Shown piece after piece: positions 25,970 through 38,700 of a stretch of DNA of 64,000 nucleotides (within the stretch, counting starts at the first letter, position 1; every line of letters starts with the position of its first letter). The position numbers and the translations under genes are program-made. Below the pieces are notes generated by a model. It made no database searches. It was not told the origin of the DNA and saw only the letters and a list, made by a program, of their open reading frames with translations. Origin of the DNA: a virus; the IMG/VR virus record IMGVR_UViG_3300010885_020282, positions 1 through 64,000 of that record. One strand, 5' to 3'.

Positions 25970-28768
25970 ATGGATAATATTCAACGCAGTAAAGGTCGTA
26001 GCACAAATTACAAATTTGATCGTGGCGGCATGCCTACGGAATTTGGCCCGTTTATTGGAGTTGTTAAAAATAATATTGATGCGGCACGTAGCGGTAGGCT
26101 ACAAGTTTACATTGAACAATTTGCAGGCAAAAACCCGAACGATAAAAATTTATGGCGTACGGTGATGTACGTTCCACCATTCTACGGGGTTACTCCTAGA
26201 AACAACGCCACCACTAGTGCAGGAGCCGGCAATTATAAAGGCAATCAGCAAAGTTATGGCATGTGGTTTACCCCTCCTGACATTGGAGTCAAAGTCATTT
26301 GCTTTTTTGTAGAAGGTGATCCCAATCAAGGCTATTACATTGGATGTGTCCCCGAGCCCGGTGTGTCACACATGATCCCTGCTGTGGGTGCCACAAGCAA
26401 ATACGTGGCCAAGAACGCACAACAAACTGCTGAAATTGCTGCCTCCGGCGGCACACAGATGCCTGTTGTAGAAATCAATAACGAAAATCCTGCCACTTAC
26501 GAAAACCCTAGATTTGTTTCGCAACCAAAACCCATACACGATTATGTGTATGCCATCATGTATAACCAAGGTTTGTTGGGCGATAACATACGTGGCCCTA
26601 TATCATCTAGCTCACAACGTGAAAGTCCTAGTTCAGTATTTGGTATGAGCACACCCGGCCGCCCAATTTATCAAGGCGGGTTAACCGAAAAAGACATCAA
26701 AGAAAAACTAGATGCAGGCACAGTTAAGTTATCCGACATCAAAGTAGAAGGACGTCGCGGTGGTCATAGTATTGTCATGGATGACGGAGACTTGAGAGGC
26801 CGAGACGATCTTATACGTATTCGAACAGCCAAAGGACACCAAATTACCATGAGTGATGAGGCTGACTGTTTTTACTTTGTTACAGCCAATGGTCAAACCT
26901 GGATTGAACTAGGCAGTGAAGGCACGGTGGATGTTTTTAGTACCAACAGCGTGAATGTGCGAAGTTTGGGAGAGATCAATCTTCAAGCGGATAAAAATAT
27001 CAATATCAATGCCGGTGAAAATCTAAATATACGAGCCAAAAATATACAAATTGAAAGTCAGGAAACTACAAAAATCAGTAGTTCCAAAGATTTTACTTTG
27101 TATAGCAAAACCAAATTGGGGTTGTTAAGTGATGGCACACTTGCTTTACAAAGCAATAGTGGAGGATGGAAAACATCAGGTGGGCTCGGCTTCAAGGCCA
27201 GCCGAATTGATCTTAACGGTGGTCCAGCACCAGACTCAGTTGATGCGCCCAAGCCTATACAGGCCTACAAACTGGATGATACCAAGTTGGTAGCTGGTAA
27301 AGGTTGGCAAGTTGAATCAGGCACATTGGATACAATCGTGCCTCGAGCACCTACACATGAACCATATCCTTATCACAACAAAGGAGTTGCAATACAAGTC
27401 GACGTGTCTGCACAATCATCAACAGCGCCAACACCAGCAGTACAAAGTACATTGACTTCAGTTGCTGCCTTGCCAGTAACAACACCTTCTGCAGCCACTG
27501 GATTGGTCAACACAGCCACAGCGTCTGTCACAAACGTACAAGCCGCATTAACAACTGCTACTGGTAGCCCACCCGGGGTCGCTGCCGGCATCAATGCCGC
27601 GGCAGTACTAGCAACACCAATTGCAGATGTCAAAATTGGCAGCCTAAGCACAGCTCAGGTCACTGGGTTGTTGGCACAAACAAAATCGGCCGTGGGGCAA
27701 GCATCGGGCGTTATATCAGTTGACAAAGGTATTGGACAATTTGGCCTCAGTGCTGACAAATTGGAAGCTGCTGGATTGTTAAAACAAGGCACAGTATCTG
27801 CAATGAAGGCGGGTCCTGCACCAATACCAACAGCCGCTGACATAGCGTTGGCACAAAAAATTGTGTCACAAGGTGGCTCTATGACACCACAACAGGTAGC
27901 AATGGGCAACAAGATTAATGCAATGCTTGCATCGCCCACAGTATGGACCGGACAAAGTGGGTGTTATGGCCTAACATCATTGTTGGGCAATGACAAATTA
28001 CAAAGCAATGTACAACAAAACTTGATGGTGTCCAGCCTGGCAGGCCTAAAATCATCTGGTATAGCAACAGGAACAGAATCGCCACAACAATTTAGCGGGT
28101 TGTTGCAGGCTGCAACAAACATAGGTGTTGGCCCATTGGCTACTGTTGTTAAAGGTATAGCATCAGCTGACGTTAAATCAGCTGTATCGGCTACAATAAA
28201 AGGCGCTCAGTTTGCTACAAAATTTGTTGATGATAAAATTGGACAGTTTGCTGGGTTTGCTAAAACAGCAACATCTGCCACAAACACAGTGGATCGAACC
28301 GTGCTAGATCAACAAGTTAAAAATTCTCTTGGTGATACCAAAATACCTGTACCAGAATTTAAACCAGTAGTGCGAGTATCTGACAGTCCGTCTTCACTAG
28401 ATGCCCCAAGACAACAACTTTCCACAGCATTTGACAAAGCCAATGTATGGCTTGCTGAAATTCAAACAGCAGAAGAAGCCATCTATCGACAGTATGTTAT
28501 ACTAGACAATAAAGCAGTGGTAACTCAAGCAGAAATTGATGCTATAGCATCACAAGCATCATCTGCATTGACCAAGTATGATAGAGAAAAATCAACTTAT
28601 GTTGCTCCGTTAACTACTCTAGCGACCACTGTTCCGGCTGATTTAACCGAAGAAGCACAGACTTATGTTGACACACTAAATCGTTATATTCGATTGGTAT
28701 TGGGCATAGCAGAAGCTATTAAATTGCTCAAAGCTTCACTGGAACTACGTGCTAAGAATTCCGTATAA
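25970..28768 (+). CDS. Baseplate central spike (gp5/VgrG-like OB-fold plus beta-helix) with C-terminal extension
   Basis: GVVKNNID..RSGRLQVYI, GMWFTPPDIGVKVICFF.EGD...GYYIG, GH.I.MDD, RIRTAKGHQI, beta-helix repeats, PTHEPY. Confidence 0.85.
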   Translation: MDNIQRSKGRSTNYKFDRGGMPTEFGPFIGVVKNNIDAARSGRLQVYIEQFAGKNPNDKNLWRTVMYVPPFYGVTPRNNATTSAGAGNYKGNQQSYGMWFTPPDIGVKVICFFVEGDPNQGYYIGCVPEPGVSHMIPAVGATSKYVAKNAQQTAEIAASGGTQMPVVEINNENPATYENPRFVSQPKPIHDYVYAIMYNQGLLGDNIRGPISSSSQRESPSSVFGMSTPGRPIYQGGLTEKDIKEKLDAGTVKLSDIKVEGRRGGHSIVMDDGDLRGRDDLIRIRTAKGHQITMSDEADCFYFVTANGQTWIELGSEGTVDVFSTNSVNVRSLGEINLQADKNININAGENLNIRAKNIQIESQETTKISSSKDFTLYSKTKLGLLSDGTLALQSNSGGWKTSGGLGFKASRIDLNGGPAPDSVDAPKPIQAYKLDDTKLVAGKGWQVESGTLDTIVPRAPTHEPYPYHNKGVAIQVDVSAQSSTAPTPAVQSTLTSVAALPVTTPSAATGLVNTATASVTNVQAALTTATGSPPGVAAGINAAAVLATPIADVKIGSLSTAQVTGLLAQTKSAVGQASGVISVDKGIGQFGLSADKLEAAGLLKQGTVSAMKAGPAPIPTAADIALAQKIVSQGGSMTPQQVAMGNKINAMLASPTVWTGQSGCYGLTSLLGNDKLQSNVQQNLMVSSLAGLKSSGIATGTESPQQFSGLLQAATNIGVGPLATVVKGIASADVKSAVSATIKGAQFATKFVDDKIGQFAGFAKTATSATNTVDRTVLDQQVKNSLGDTKIPVPEFKPVVRVSDSPSSLDAPRQQLSTAFDKANVWLAEIQTAEEAIYRQYVILDNKAVVTQAEIDAIASQASSALTKYDREKSTYVAPLTTLATTVPADLTEEAQTYVDTLNRYIRLVLGIAEAIKLLKASLELRAKNSV

Positions 28769-28771
28769 ATA
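28764..28771 (+). promoter_or_regulatory. T4-type late promoter TATAAATA
   Basis: Exact consensus overlapping the gp5-like stop codon, 5 nt before the gp25 ATG. Confidence 0.65.
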
Positions 28772-28776
28772 TTATC

Positions 28777-29151
28777 ATGCCAACATTTATCGGATATAAC
28801 ACCATTAATCAGTACAAAAAATTTACACTAACTGATTTTGAGTTAGTTAAGAGAGACCTGTCCAACGCCCTTAACATACAACAAGGCGAGCTCCCCGGTC
28901 GCCCTGGATATGGCACCACTATTTGGAGCTATGTGTTTGAAAGCCAAACCCCAGACACAGTGGCATCAATCCTGGCAGAGATACAGCGTGTAGCCGGAGG
29001 TGACCCAAGAATTTACATTTCAAGTTCAGAAGTATACCCACAAGAAAATGGCATGCTAATAGAAGTACAAGTACAAATGGTGTCAAGCTCTACTGCTGAA
29101 CGCTTGAGTATATTTTTCGATCAAGAGAGTCGCCGAGCAAGCTTTATCTAA
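28777..29151 (+). CDS. gp25: Baseplate wedge / sheath initiator (gp25-like)
   Basis: LVKRDL.N.L....GE.PGRPGYGT.IW..VFE, DPRI. Confidence 0.88.
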   Translation: MPTFIGYNTINQYKKFTLTDFELVKRDLSNALNIQQGELPGRPGYGTTIWSYVFESQTPDTVASILAEIQRVAGGDPRIYISSSEVYPQENGMLIEVQVQMVSSSTAERLSIFFDQESRRASFI

Positions 29152-29198
29152 AACGGCGCACTTTATTTGAATGGTAAATACTCAAACAGTGAGTAGAC

Positions 29199-32100
29199 AT
29201 GGCAAAAACAGCAAGACAAACAGCAATTTTTGGTGTAGAGGATTGGCAAAGACTCTACCAAACCTATCGCGAAGCCGATTTTCAAAGTTATGACTTTGAA
29301 ACATTACGCAAGAGTTTCGTAGATTATCTGCGTCTCTACTATCCTGAAACATTTAACGATTACATTGAATCAAGTGAATTCATTGCCTTGCTTGACGTCA
29401 TGGCATTTATGGGTCAAGCTCTGGCCTTCCGCAATGATCTTAATTCTCGAGAAAACTTTTTAGACACAGCCGAAAGACGCGACAGCGTGGTTCGTTTGGC
29501 AAATTTAGTTAGCTATACTCCAAAGCGTAACACAGCGGCTCAGGGATTTATTAAAGTAGTGTCTGTATCTACCACTGAAAGTGTTCAAGATTACAATGGT
29601 ATTAATCTTGCCAACTCTACAATTGACTGGGATGATCCTACCAATCCCAGTTGGTTTGAACAATTTACTACTATCATTAATGCTGCCTTGGTTGACAGTC
29701 AAAAGTTTGGCCGCCCTGGCAACAGCAAAACTATCCTTGGTGTGGGCACAGCTGACTATACTATCAATCTCATACCTGGGTTTTTACCTATAGTTCCTTA
29801 CACTTCTACTGTCGATGGCATCAACATGCCATTTGAGATTGTAAGCTCAACAACACTGGGTCGTGATTATGTTTATGAACCTGCTCCACGACCTGGCAGT
29901 GCGTTTAACATCATGTATCGTAATGATGGCGAAGGGTTTGGCAGCAACAATACAGGATTTTTCTTTTTGTTCAAGCAAGGTGTACTGCAAGACCAAGACT
30001 TTAACTTGGCTGAAGCAATCCCCAATCAAACTGTAAACATCAACATTGAAGGTTGTAACGAAGAAGATCATTGGTTGTACAAACTTGATGAGCTAGGCAG
30101 TGTTGCTACTCAGTGGCAATATGTAGAAAATATTTTTGCTGGTGCAGTTGAGCAGTTGGCGCCTAATCAACGCACACTATACTCTATTACTAGTAGAGCA
30201 AACGATCAAATTACCTTGACATTTGGAGATGGTATATTTTCCAGTGTACCAGTTGGCACATTCCGAACTTATGTTCGAGCATCTAATGGACTTGATTATG
30301 TTATCAATCCTGAAGAAATGCAAAATATCACAGTGCCTATTAGCTATACAAGCCGAAGTGGGCGCATTGAAACATTGACTTTTATTTGTAGTGTTACTAC
30401 TCCAGTTACCAACGCACAAGCACGAGAAAGCATTGCTGAAATCAAGCAACGTGCCCCGGCAAGGTACTACACACAAAATCGCATGGTCAACGGTGAAGAT
30501 TATAATAATTTTCCGTTTACCAAGTTTAATTCTATTATCAAATCCAAGGCAGTGGCACGTAGCGTAATTGGCACCAGCCGATATATTGATCTTACTGATG
30601 TAACTGGCAAATACTCAAGCACTAATATTTTTGCAAGCGATGGCGCAATCTATCGCGAAAACGTGTTTCCTAGTTTTGAATTTGACTGGGTCACTAGCAA
30701 TGATATCGTAGACGTTATCCTCAATAGTGTAGAACCACTAGTTGGTAGTCGAAGCATGTTGCAATTCTATTACGATAACTATCCTCGCCCATCACTTACA
30801 GTATTAAACGCTGGGTGGAGCCAGGCCACTAATTTAGTTAACGAAACTACAGGATACTTCTACCAAAACAATGCATCATCTCCGTTGCCAATTGGATCAT
30901 ATACTAACAACAATGCTCAGTACGTTACTGTGGGCAGTTTAGTAAAATTTATTAGCCCACCTGGCTACTTCTTTGATGCTAACAATCGTCTCAAGGCAGG
31001 TACACCAGTACGTGCAGATGAAAAAACAGTAATTTGGGCCACGGTAACTGCTGTAGTACTTGAAGGTACATCCCAGGGTGTTGGTAATTTACCCAACGGT
31101 GTTGGGCCTGTTACCCTTAACAATTTTGTGCCAACCGGAGCATTAGCTGATGTTGTGATACCCAAACTCATCAGTGACTTGCCACAATCCCTTGAGCAGG
31201 CCATGGTTCAGCAAGCTGAACTTTATCGAGATTTTGGTATTGGTTATAATAATCTCACATCAACTTGGTATCTTATTACCAGTACTAACTTGGCACAAGA
31301 TGCGCCGTTTAGCCGTGCCTATGCACAAACTACATCGGGTACAAATCAAGATGCATCTTGGTTGGTACAGTTTATCACAAACGGCCAAAACTATGTTGTT
31401 ACGTCTCGTGGTCTTGATTATAAATTTGGTAGTGTATTACAAACCCGTTTCTTCTACAGCGGAGAAGAAGTAGTTTACGATAGTAAAACAGGGCAAGTGG
31501 TTAACGATTTTATTAAAGTTTTAAAAACAAACGCAAGACCTGACAGCAATCTGCCTTTGCCCAGCGACATATTAACCGATATCATTGGGCAACCTATCCA
31601 GGGTGACGGGTTTGTTAATGACTATGAAGTTATTGTAAGTTTTGCAGACTCAGATGGCGATGGTCAAGCTGATGATCCTGACTTCTTTAGAGTCATTGTT
31701 GGGCCAATACCAACAACCCCTAGTGCATCATCACCATATGTGTTTTTCAAACAAGAAACCGACTTTGATAATTTAGAGCGTTATCTATTGGTGGAGCCAG
31801 GTACAGTTAATGCAACTCTAGCTACATTAGATGATATTGAATTAGTAAAATCAGAATACATTGATGGACAAGTTTTTTATGCATACCAGTCTGGCTATTT
31901 CTATGAATTGGTGGTCACAGTAGTCAACGGCACTGTGTTGCGCAACTTAGTAATACGTACAGATTACCAAGTCAAAGTTGGACGTGGCTCACTGGGATTC
32001 CAATATCGACACAATAGTGCTCTTACAAATGTAATTGATCCTGGAGCAACGAATATCATTGACTTGTATCTAGTGACCAACAGTTACTATACTGCGTATC

Positions 32101-32708
32101 AAGATTACATTAAAGACACAACTGGTACTGTGGCCGAGCCAGCCCCTCCGACTATATCAGAACTCAGCACCGCATACTCTCAACTTAACGATTATAAAAT
32201 GGTTAGTGATAACATTGTCATGAACTCAGTTGTGTTTAAACCACTGTTTGGCGCCAAGGCTCCATCAGCACTGCAAGCCACAATCAAGGTTGTGCGAGCA
32301 CCGAACACAGTAGCATCAGACAGCGAGATCAAAAGCCAAATGATAGCTAAAATTAATGATTATTTTACAATTGATAAGTGGGACTTTGGTACTAACTTTT
32401 TCTTCTCTGAGTTGGCAGCTTACTTGCACCAACAACTGGGATCTATTGTGAGTTCTGTGGTACTTGTTCCATTGAACCCGCTAAAATCTTTTGGCGACTT
32501 ATACGAAATACGGTCAGCGCCAAATGAAATATTTGTTAGTGCCGCTACAGTAGCAGATATTGAAGTTATAGATGCGCTGACACAAAGTAATATTCGCAGT
32601 CAAACATCTGTGTCAGGGCTTTACCCTGTTACAAGTATTGGAGCCACTGGTTCCACTATCGGACAAACCGGTATTGCACCTTTGACTACAAGCGGGAGTA
32701 GCACTTAA
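29199..32708 (+). CDS. gp6: Baseplate wedge subunit (gp6-like)
   Basis: DFETLRKS, ENFLDTAERRDSV.RLA.LVSY.PKR, FGDG, ESIAEIKQRAP..Y.TQNRMVNGEDY. Confidence 0.9.
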   Translation: MAKTARQTAIFGVEDWQRLYQTYREADFQSYDFETLRKSFVDYLRLYYPETFNDYIESSEFIALLDVMAFMGQALAFRNDLNSRENFLDTAERRDSVVRLANLVSYTPKRNTAAQGFIKVVSVSTTESVQDYNGINLANSTIDWDDPTNPSWFEQFTTIINAALVDSQKFGRPGNSKTILGVGTADYTINLIPGFLPIVPYTSTVDGINMPFEIVSSTTLGRDYVYEPAPRPGSAFNIMYRNDGEGFGSNNTGFFFLFKQGVLQDQDFNLAEAIPNQTVNINIEGCNEEDHWLYKLDELGSVATQWQYVENIFAGAVEQLAPNQRTLYSITSRANDQITLTFGDGIFSSVPVGTFRTYVRASNGLDYVINPEEMQNITVPISYTSRSGRIETLTFICSVTTPVTNAQARESIAEIKQRAPARYYTQNRMVNGEDYNNFPFTKFNSIIKSKAVARSVIGTSRYIDLTDVTGKYSSTNIFASDGAIYRENVFPSFEFDWVTSNDIVDVILNSVEPLVGSRSMLQFYYDNYPRPSLTVLNAGWSQATNLVNETTGYFYQNNASSPLPIGSYTNNNAQYVTVGSLVKFISPPGYFFDANNRLKAGTPVRADEKTVIWATVTAVVLEGTSQGVGNLPNGVGPVTLNNFVPTGALADVVIPKLISDLPQSLEQAMVQQAELYRDFGIGYNNLTSTWYLITSTNLAQDAPFSRAYAQTTSGTNQDASWLVQFITNGQNYVVTSRGLDYKFGSVLQTRFFYSGEEVVYDSKTGQVVNDFIKVLKTNARPDSNLPLPSDILTDIIGQPIQGDGFVNDYEVIVSFADSDGDGQADDPDFFRVIVGPIPTTPSASSPYVFFKQETDFDNLERYLLVEPGTVNATLATLDDIELVKSEYIDGQVFYAYQSGYFYELVVTVVNGTVLRNLVIRTDYQVKVGRGSLGFQYRHNSALTNVIDPGATNIIDLYLVTNSYYTAYQDYIKDTTGTVAEPAPPTISELSTAYSQLNDYKMVSDNIVMNSVVFKPLFGAKAPSALQATIKVVRAPNTVASDSEIKSQMIAKINDYFTIDKWDFGTNFFFSELAAYLHQQLGSIVSSVVLVPLNPLKSFGDLYEIRSAPNEIFVSAATVADIEVIDALTQSNIRSQTSVSGLYPVTSIGATGSTIGQTGIAPLTTSGSST

Positions 32709-35700
32709 TGGCATTGAATAGAACCGTAAATTTATTACCTGAAATTTTTCGTACTGATACTAATCGCAAATTTTTAGCGGCAACATTAGATCAACTTACT
32801 CAGGAACCCAATCTTAAAAAGACACAAGGTTATGTGGGCCGCAGGGTCGGACCAGGCGTTAACCCAGCTGATAATTATGTAGTAGAGTCAACTGCTGTAC
32901 GAACCGACTATCAACTTGAGCCGGGTGTGGTATTTTTAAAACCCAACACAGGCACAGCCGAAGATGCAATCACGTATCCTGGCATGATTGATTCTTTGGC
33001 ATTGCAAAACGCCAAGACAAACAAACAAGATCGATTGTGGGAAAGCGAATATTATTCCTGGGACCCATTTTGCGATCTAGATAAGTTTACCAACTATAGC
33101 CAGTACTATTGGTTGCCTGGCGGCCCTGACTCAGTCAATGTATCTTCAACAGACATTCCGTTGACTGATGATTTTGTAGTCACTCGCAACGTACTTGATT
33201 ACACTTTTTCTGGCGTACCGGGCAAGAACCCCATAGTATATTTGGCACGTGGCGGTACTTATAATTTTACTACCAACCAAGCCGGCTATGCATTTTGGAT
33301 ACAGTCAGCTCCGGGTATTACCGGCACACTGCCACCTACTCCCAACATCAGCAGTAGAGCTGTATTGGGTGTGGTTAACAATGGTTCAGAGACTGGAGTC
33401 ACTACATTTTATGTGCCCGCAAAAACTGCACAAGATTTTTATTATACGTTACCTACTCTAACATCAGTTGACTTAGTTTCTGATCTTCAATTCAGTCAAA
33501 TCAACAACATTCGATTGTCTGCATTTTTAGAACAATACCCCACTGGCATTGACGGAGAGTCTCAGCTTGATGGCAAGACTTTGATTTTTAGTAATACTAT
33601 TCAAGATGCAGCTCAGGGTGGCTGGCAAATTATCACTGATAGCAGTGTCACCAACATTACCTCACAAAGCCAACGCTATAGCGTGTGGACAGTTAGATAT
33701 GTGTATGATAGCGGACTTGATCCCTTGATTACTTTGTCTAGTACTGCCACGGTACCAAACCTCACTAAGTTTAGCATACTATACGGAGCCACATATAGTG
33801 TTACTCAGTGGTATAAAGATTCATCAGGTTATTTTGAGCAAGTTCCTTTGCTAAGTGCTGTTCAAGATGTGCTGTATTACCAAGACGGTTCTAATCCAGA
33901 GATTCGCGGAGAAATTCGATTAATTGATTTTCAAAATGTAGAACCAATTGACATTAATGACATAGTCGGTGCAAAAAATTACACATCTCCAAACGGGGTC
34001 GTGTTCACTAACGGACTCAAGGTTCAATTCCGTGGGCCGACTGTGCCAGCCCAATTTGAAAATCTTGAATACTATGTTGAAGGTGTAGGCACAGGCCCCG
34101 GCGGACAGTACCGTGTAGGATTTATTGACGGTGAAGCATACTTTGGGATGTACCATTTGGTTAACAATCAAAAGGTAACTGGGACAGCATCTGACACTAC
34201 ATTCCAACAATACATTTACGATACAGTTGAGGAAAGCCTTGCCAACATAGGCGCCGGAACACCCTTGGGAGCACCACTTCCACAAGTATCAGTGCCTGGA
34301 GCAGATCTCGGCAACGGCATTAGACTAGTACCAGTGGACAGTCTTGTTACACCTGAGACGTACACCAAAAATGAATTAATACCATATGACAGTTTGGCAT
34401 ATGATGTGGGCCCGTATGACGATAGTTTAAATTCTCCATTGATACAAGATTATATCACTCAAAATCGTTCTAGCAGTGATAGAAACGCCTGGAGTCGTAG
34501 TAATCGCTGGTTCCATATTGATGTTATTAATTACACGTCTGAGCTTAACAACATTACTCCGGTAATAAACAATGCTCAGCGAGCAAGTCGACCTATTATT
34601 GAATTTCGTGCCAATCTAAGACTTTGGAACATGGGCACATTGGCCAAAGACCCTGTTAATATTATTGACTTTACTGAAACAGATGCCCTTAGTAATATCA
34701 ATGGTCAAACTGGGTATGGCATTGATGGATATACATTTTTAAGCGGCACTCGAGTTATTTTTGCTGCCGACCTAGATGCCCAGGTTAGAAATCGCATATA
34801 TGAAGTAACATTCATTGATCCTGACAACAGCGGCAAGTTGATAATTGATCTTGTACCGGCGTATGATAGTGATTTACAATTGTCACAAACAGTGGTATGT
34901 CTAAACGGGGCAACTTTGCAAGGTATATCATTTTGGTTTGATGGTGTAACATGGCAACGAGCGCAAGAAAAAACCAATGTCAACCAACCGCCTTTGTTTG
35001 ATGTGTACGACATTCAAGGACGAAGTTTTGGTGATAGAACAGCCTACCCAAGTAGTTCATTTGAAGGTTGTCGATTGTTTGGTTATGCAGAGGGCATGAC
35101 CTCAACAGTCGACGCGGTGTTGGGGCTGTCGTTGAAATATCTCAACATCAACAACGTAGGTGATATTGTATTCCAAAATTATTTGTACTCAGATAATTTT
35201 ATCTATGTTACTAATAATATCAGTACCGAGGTTCCAGTAAGCACAGGGTTTGTACGACAATACATTGATCGAGTTACATTTAGCAACCAAATTGGTTGGC
35301 AAACTGCCGCCGCAACCAGCCGCAGCCGTCAAGTGTTTAGATTTGTTGCCAATGGTTCTCCGTTGGTGCTTGACGTGCCAGTTGACCAAGCACAATTACT
35401 TCCTGCAGTACAAGTCTTTATTGGCAGTTCATTTATTGACCCAGGACAATACTCTGTTGTAGTGTTGGGCAACAACACAACAATCACATTTAGTACACAG
35501 CCTGTTGTGGGATCAATAATTGAAGTTTTGGCCACATCAAACCAAGCAAGCTCAGTTGCATTTTACGAAATTCCTATTAATCTTGAAAACAATGCACAAA
35601 ATGGAAACAGTACTAGTTTTACACTTGGTACAATTCGTACACACTATGAAACAATTGCACAGAACTTAAAACTTTTAACTGGTCCTATCAACGGGGCTAA

Positions 35701-38700
35701 TAACTCTCGTGACCTTGGAGATATAATTCCATACGGCACAAATATTATTCAAAATTCATCTCCATTGTTGTTGGCTGGTGTATTTTTGCGTAGACAACAA
35801 TATGAGTTGTTTAACTCTTTGAACTTTAACAGTCAAGAATATACCAAATACAAAGCATTGCTCTTGGACTTGGCAGCACGGGGTAATTTTATTAACTCGA
35901 CACCTACACAAGTACTAGACACTATCACCCAGGAAATAGCACTCACACGTAACGAATCATTCCCATTCTTCTGGACTGATATGTTGCCCGCAGGCGAAAC
36001 CTACACAGATCTAAGTTATACAGTTACTCCAATTACAACAGGAACATTTGATACCACCGCAGTTTATGATCTAACATCATCAAACTATCAAGCAGTACTG
36101 GTATACTTAAACGGAAATATTTTAACTCTAAATCGCGACTACACAGTGCCAGTTGACACAGCAACAGTGTTTGTGTCAGTTCCGTTAGCAGTAGGCGATG
36201 TAGTTACTATTCGTGAATATGCTACCACTTACGGAAGTTTTGTTCCTAATACTCCCACCAAAATGGGATTGTACCCAGCTTGGCAACCCAAGATGTATCT
36301 TGACGAAACATACCTTACTCCCACAATGGTTATTCAAGGCCACGATGGTAGTATCACAGTTGCATTTGATGATGTTCGAGATGCGGTGTTGTTAGAGTTT
36401 GAAACTCGAATATACAACAATCTCAAAATACACAGTCGTATACCTCTTACTGTAGCTGATGTTGTACCTGGCCAGTTCCGTGACACAAACTATACGCTGA
36501 CAGAAATCAACAATATTTTAACCCCGGACTTTTTGAGCTGGATTGGGTGGAACAAACTTGATTATGTGGCACAAGACTATGTGGCGGGTAACCCTTTTAC
36601 ATACAACTACAGTCAAAGCGGCAATAAATTAAACCAGCAACCACTACTGGGCGCCTGGCGCGGTATCTATAACTATTTTTATGATACCATGACACCAAAC
36701 ACAACCCCTTGGGAAATGTTGGGGTTCACTGAAGAGCCGGACTGGTGGCAAGACTATTATGGTCCAGCACCATATACATCTGGTAACTTGGTGTTGTGGC
36801 AAGACCTTGAAGCAGGGTTTATTGCAGATCCAAACAATCCACGATTTGCTCCCGAGTATGCAAGACCAGGATTGACACAGGTAATTCCTAGTGGGTCACA
36901 AGGAGAACTATTACCGCCTACTGAATCAGTTGTGGGCAACTATGATACCACAAGCTTCCGACGTAGTTGGGTGTTTGGTGACGACGGCCCTGTTGAAAGT
37001 ACCTGGAAGACTAGCAGTGCTTGGCCATTCTCTGTGATGCGGTTATTGGCATTGACCAAACCTGCAGAATTTTTCAGCTTGTTTGTTGATCGAGATCGTT
37101 ATGTGTATGATACAACACTAAATCAATATTTGTGGGATCAACGCTATCGTTTAACTCCAGAAAACATTGCCCCTCTTAACGGGTCAAAAGTAAGTCGTGC
37201 CAGTTACATGAACTGGATCATTGATTATAATAGACAGCGTGGTGTTGACAGTTCTGTTGATCTTGCGGTGCAACTAAATGCGCTGGATGTAAGGCTGTGT
37301 TGGCGCATGTCGGCATTCTCAGACAAGCGATACCTTAAAATTTACACTGAACGCAGTACATTGGGCGGCACCAACGCTAGCTTGTTGTTGCCAGACGAAA
37401 GTTATCAATTACTGTTATATCAAAATCCTCCATTTAACAAGATAACTTACAGTTCAGTTGTCGTGCAAGTAGTCGACGGAGGCTGGGCGGTGTACGGGTA
37501 TAATAATTCAGCCGCCTACTTTGAAATTTTAGCATCAAAACCCAATGGTCTTTCTGTTACAATTAGTGCAGGCGGAAGTGCTGAACGTGTTCCTGTAGAA
37601 TACACCAACACAATAGTACAGGTACCTTATGGGTATGTGTTTACAAACCGATCTGCTGTGTGCGACTTTTTGTACAGCTATGGCGAATTATTAACCCAAC
37701 GCGGCCTAGAGTTTGAAGGAATAGAAAACGGCTACATAATGAACTGGCAACAAATGGCCCAGGAATTTTTGTACTGGAGTAATCAAGGATGGCAAACTGG
37801 AACTAGTATCATCAACCTCAATCCAGGCGCCACAAGCATTAGTGTAACTCAACCAGGTGCTGTTGTGGAAAGTATTTTCCCACCACGACTGGATAGTGTT
37901 GTTCTCAATCAAAATCGAACTGCAATACCTCCAGCTGAGTTGGTGATTGATCGCTTGGAAAATACATTTAAAATTACCAGTGTCAACTCTAATACCATAA
38001 ACTTTTTAAATTTACGATTTACTGCATATGAACACTTGATGGTACTGGACAATCGTAGTATTTTTGCTGATTTACTTTATGATCCAATAACTGGTGCCCG
38101 CCAAAGTCGAGTGTTGGTAGCAGGATGGCTAAGTGGCGATTGGAACGGCACAGTTAATGCCCCGGGCTTTGTGCTCAATCAAGACAACATTCGAGAATGG
38201 GTACCAAACCGCAAGTACTCCAAGGGCGAGATCGTATTGTTTAAAGACCAGTATTGGTCTGCCAATAGCATTGTACAGCCATCTGCTACATTTGATTTCA
38301 ATGCATGGATCAAGAGCGATTACAATGAAATACAACAAGGGTTATTGCCCAATGCCGCTAATGTCAGCGACCAACTGGCACAATCATACAGCGTATACGA
38401 CGCTAATCTCGAAACCGAGATTGATTTATTCAGTTACGGATTGATTGGATTCCGGCCGCGCCAGTACATGCAGGCTCTAAATCTTGATGATGTAAGTCAA
38501 GTACAGTTGTACCAGCAATTCCTTGGCAGCAAAGGCACACGCCCAAGTTTAGAAATATTTTCATATGCAGACCTTGGCAAGGAAACAGCACAGTATAACA
38601 TCTATGAATACTGGGCAATACTTCGTAGCACCTACGGAGCAAATGCCAACAGAAGTTATTTTGACTTGTTATTAAATGCTTCTAAATTAATTAGTGATCC

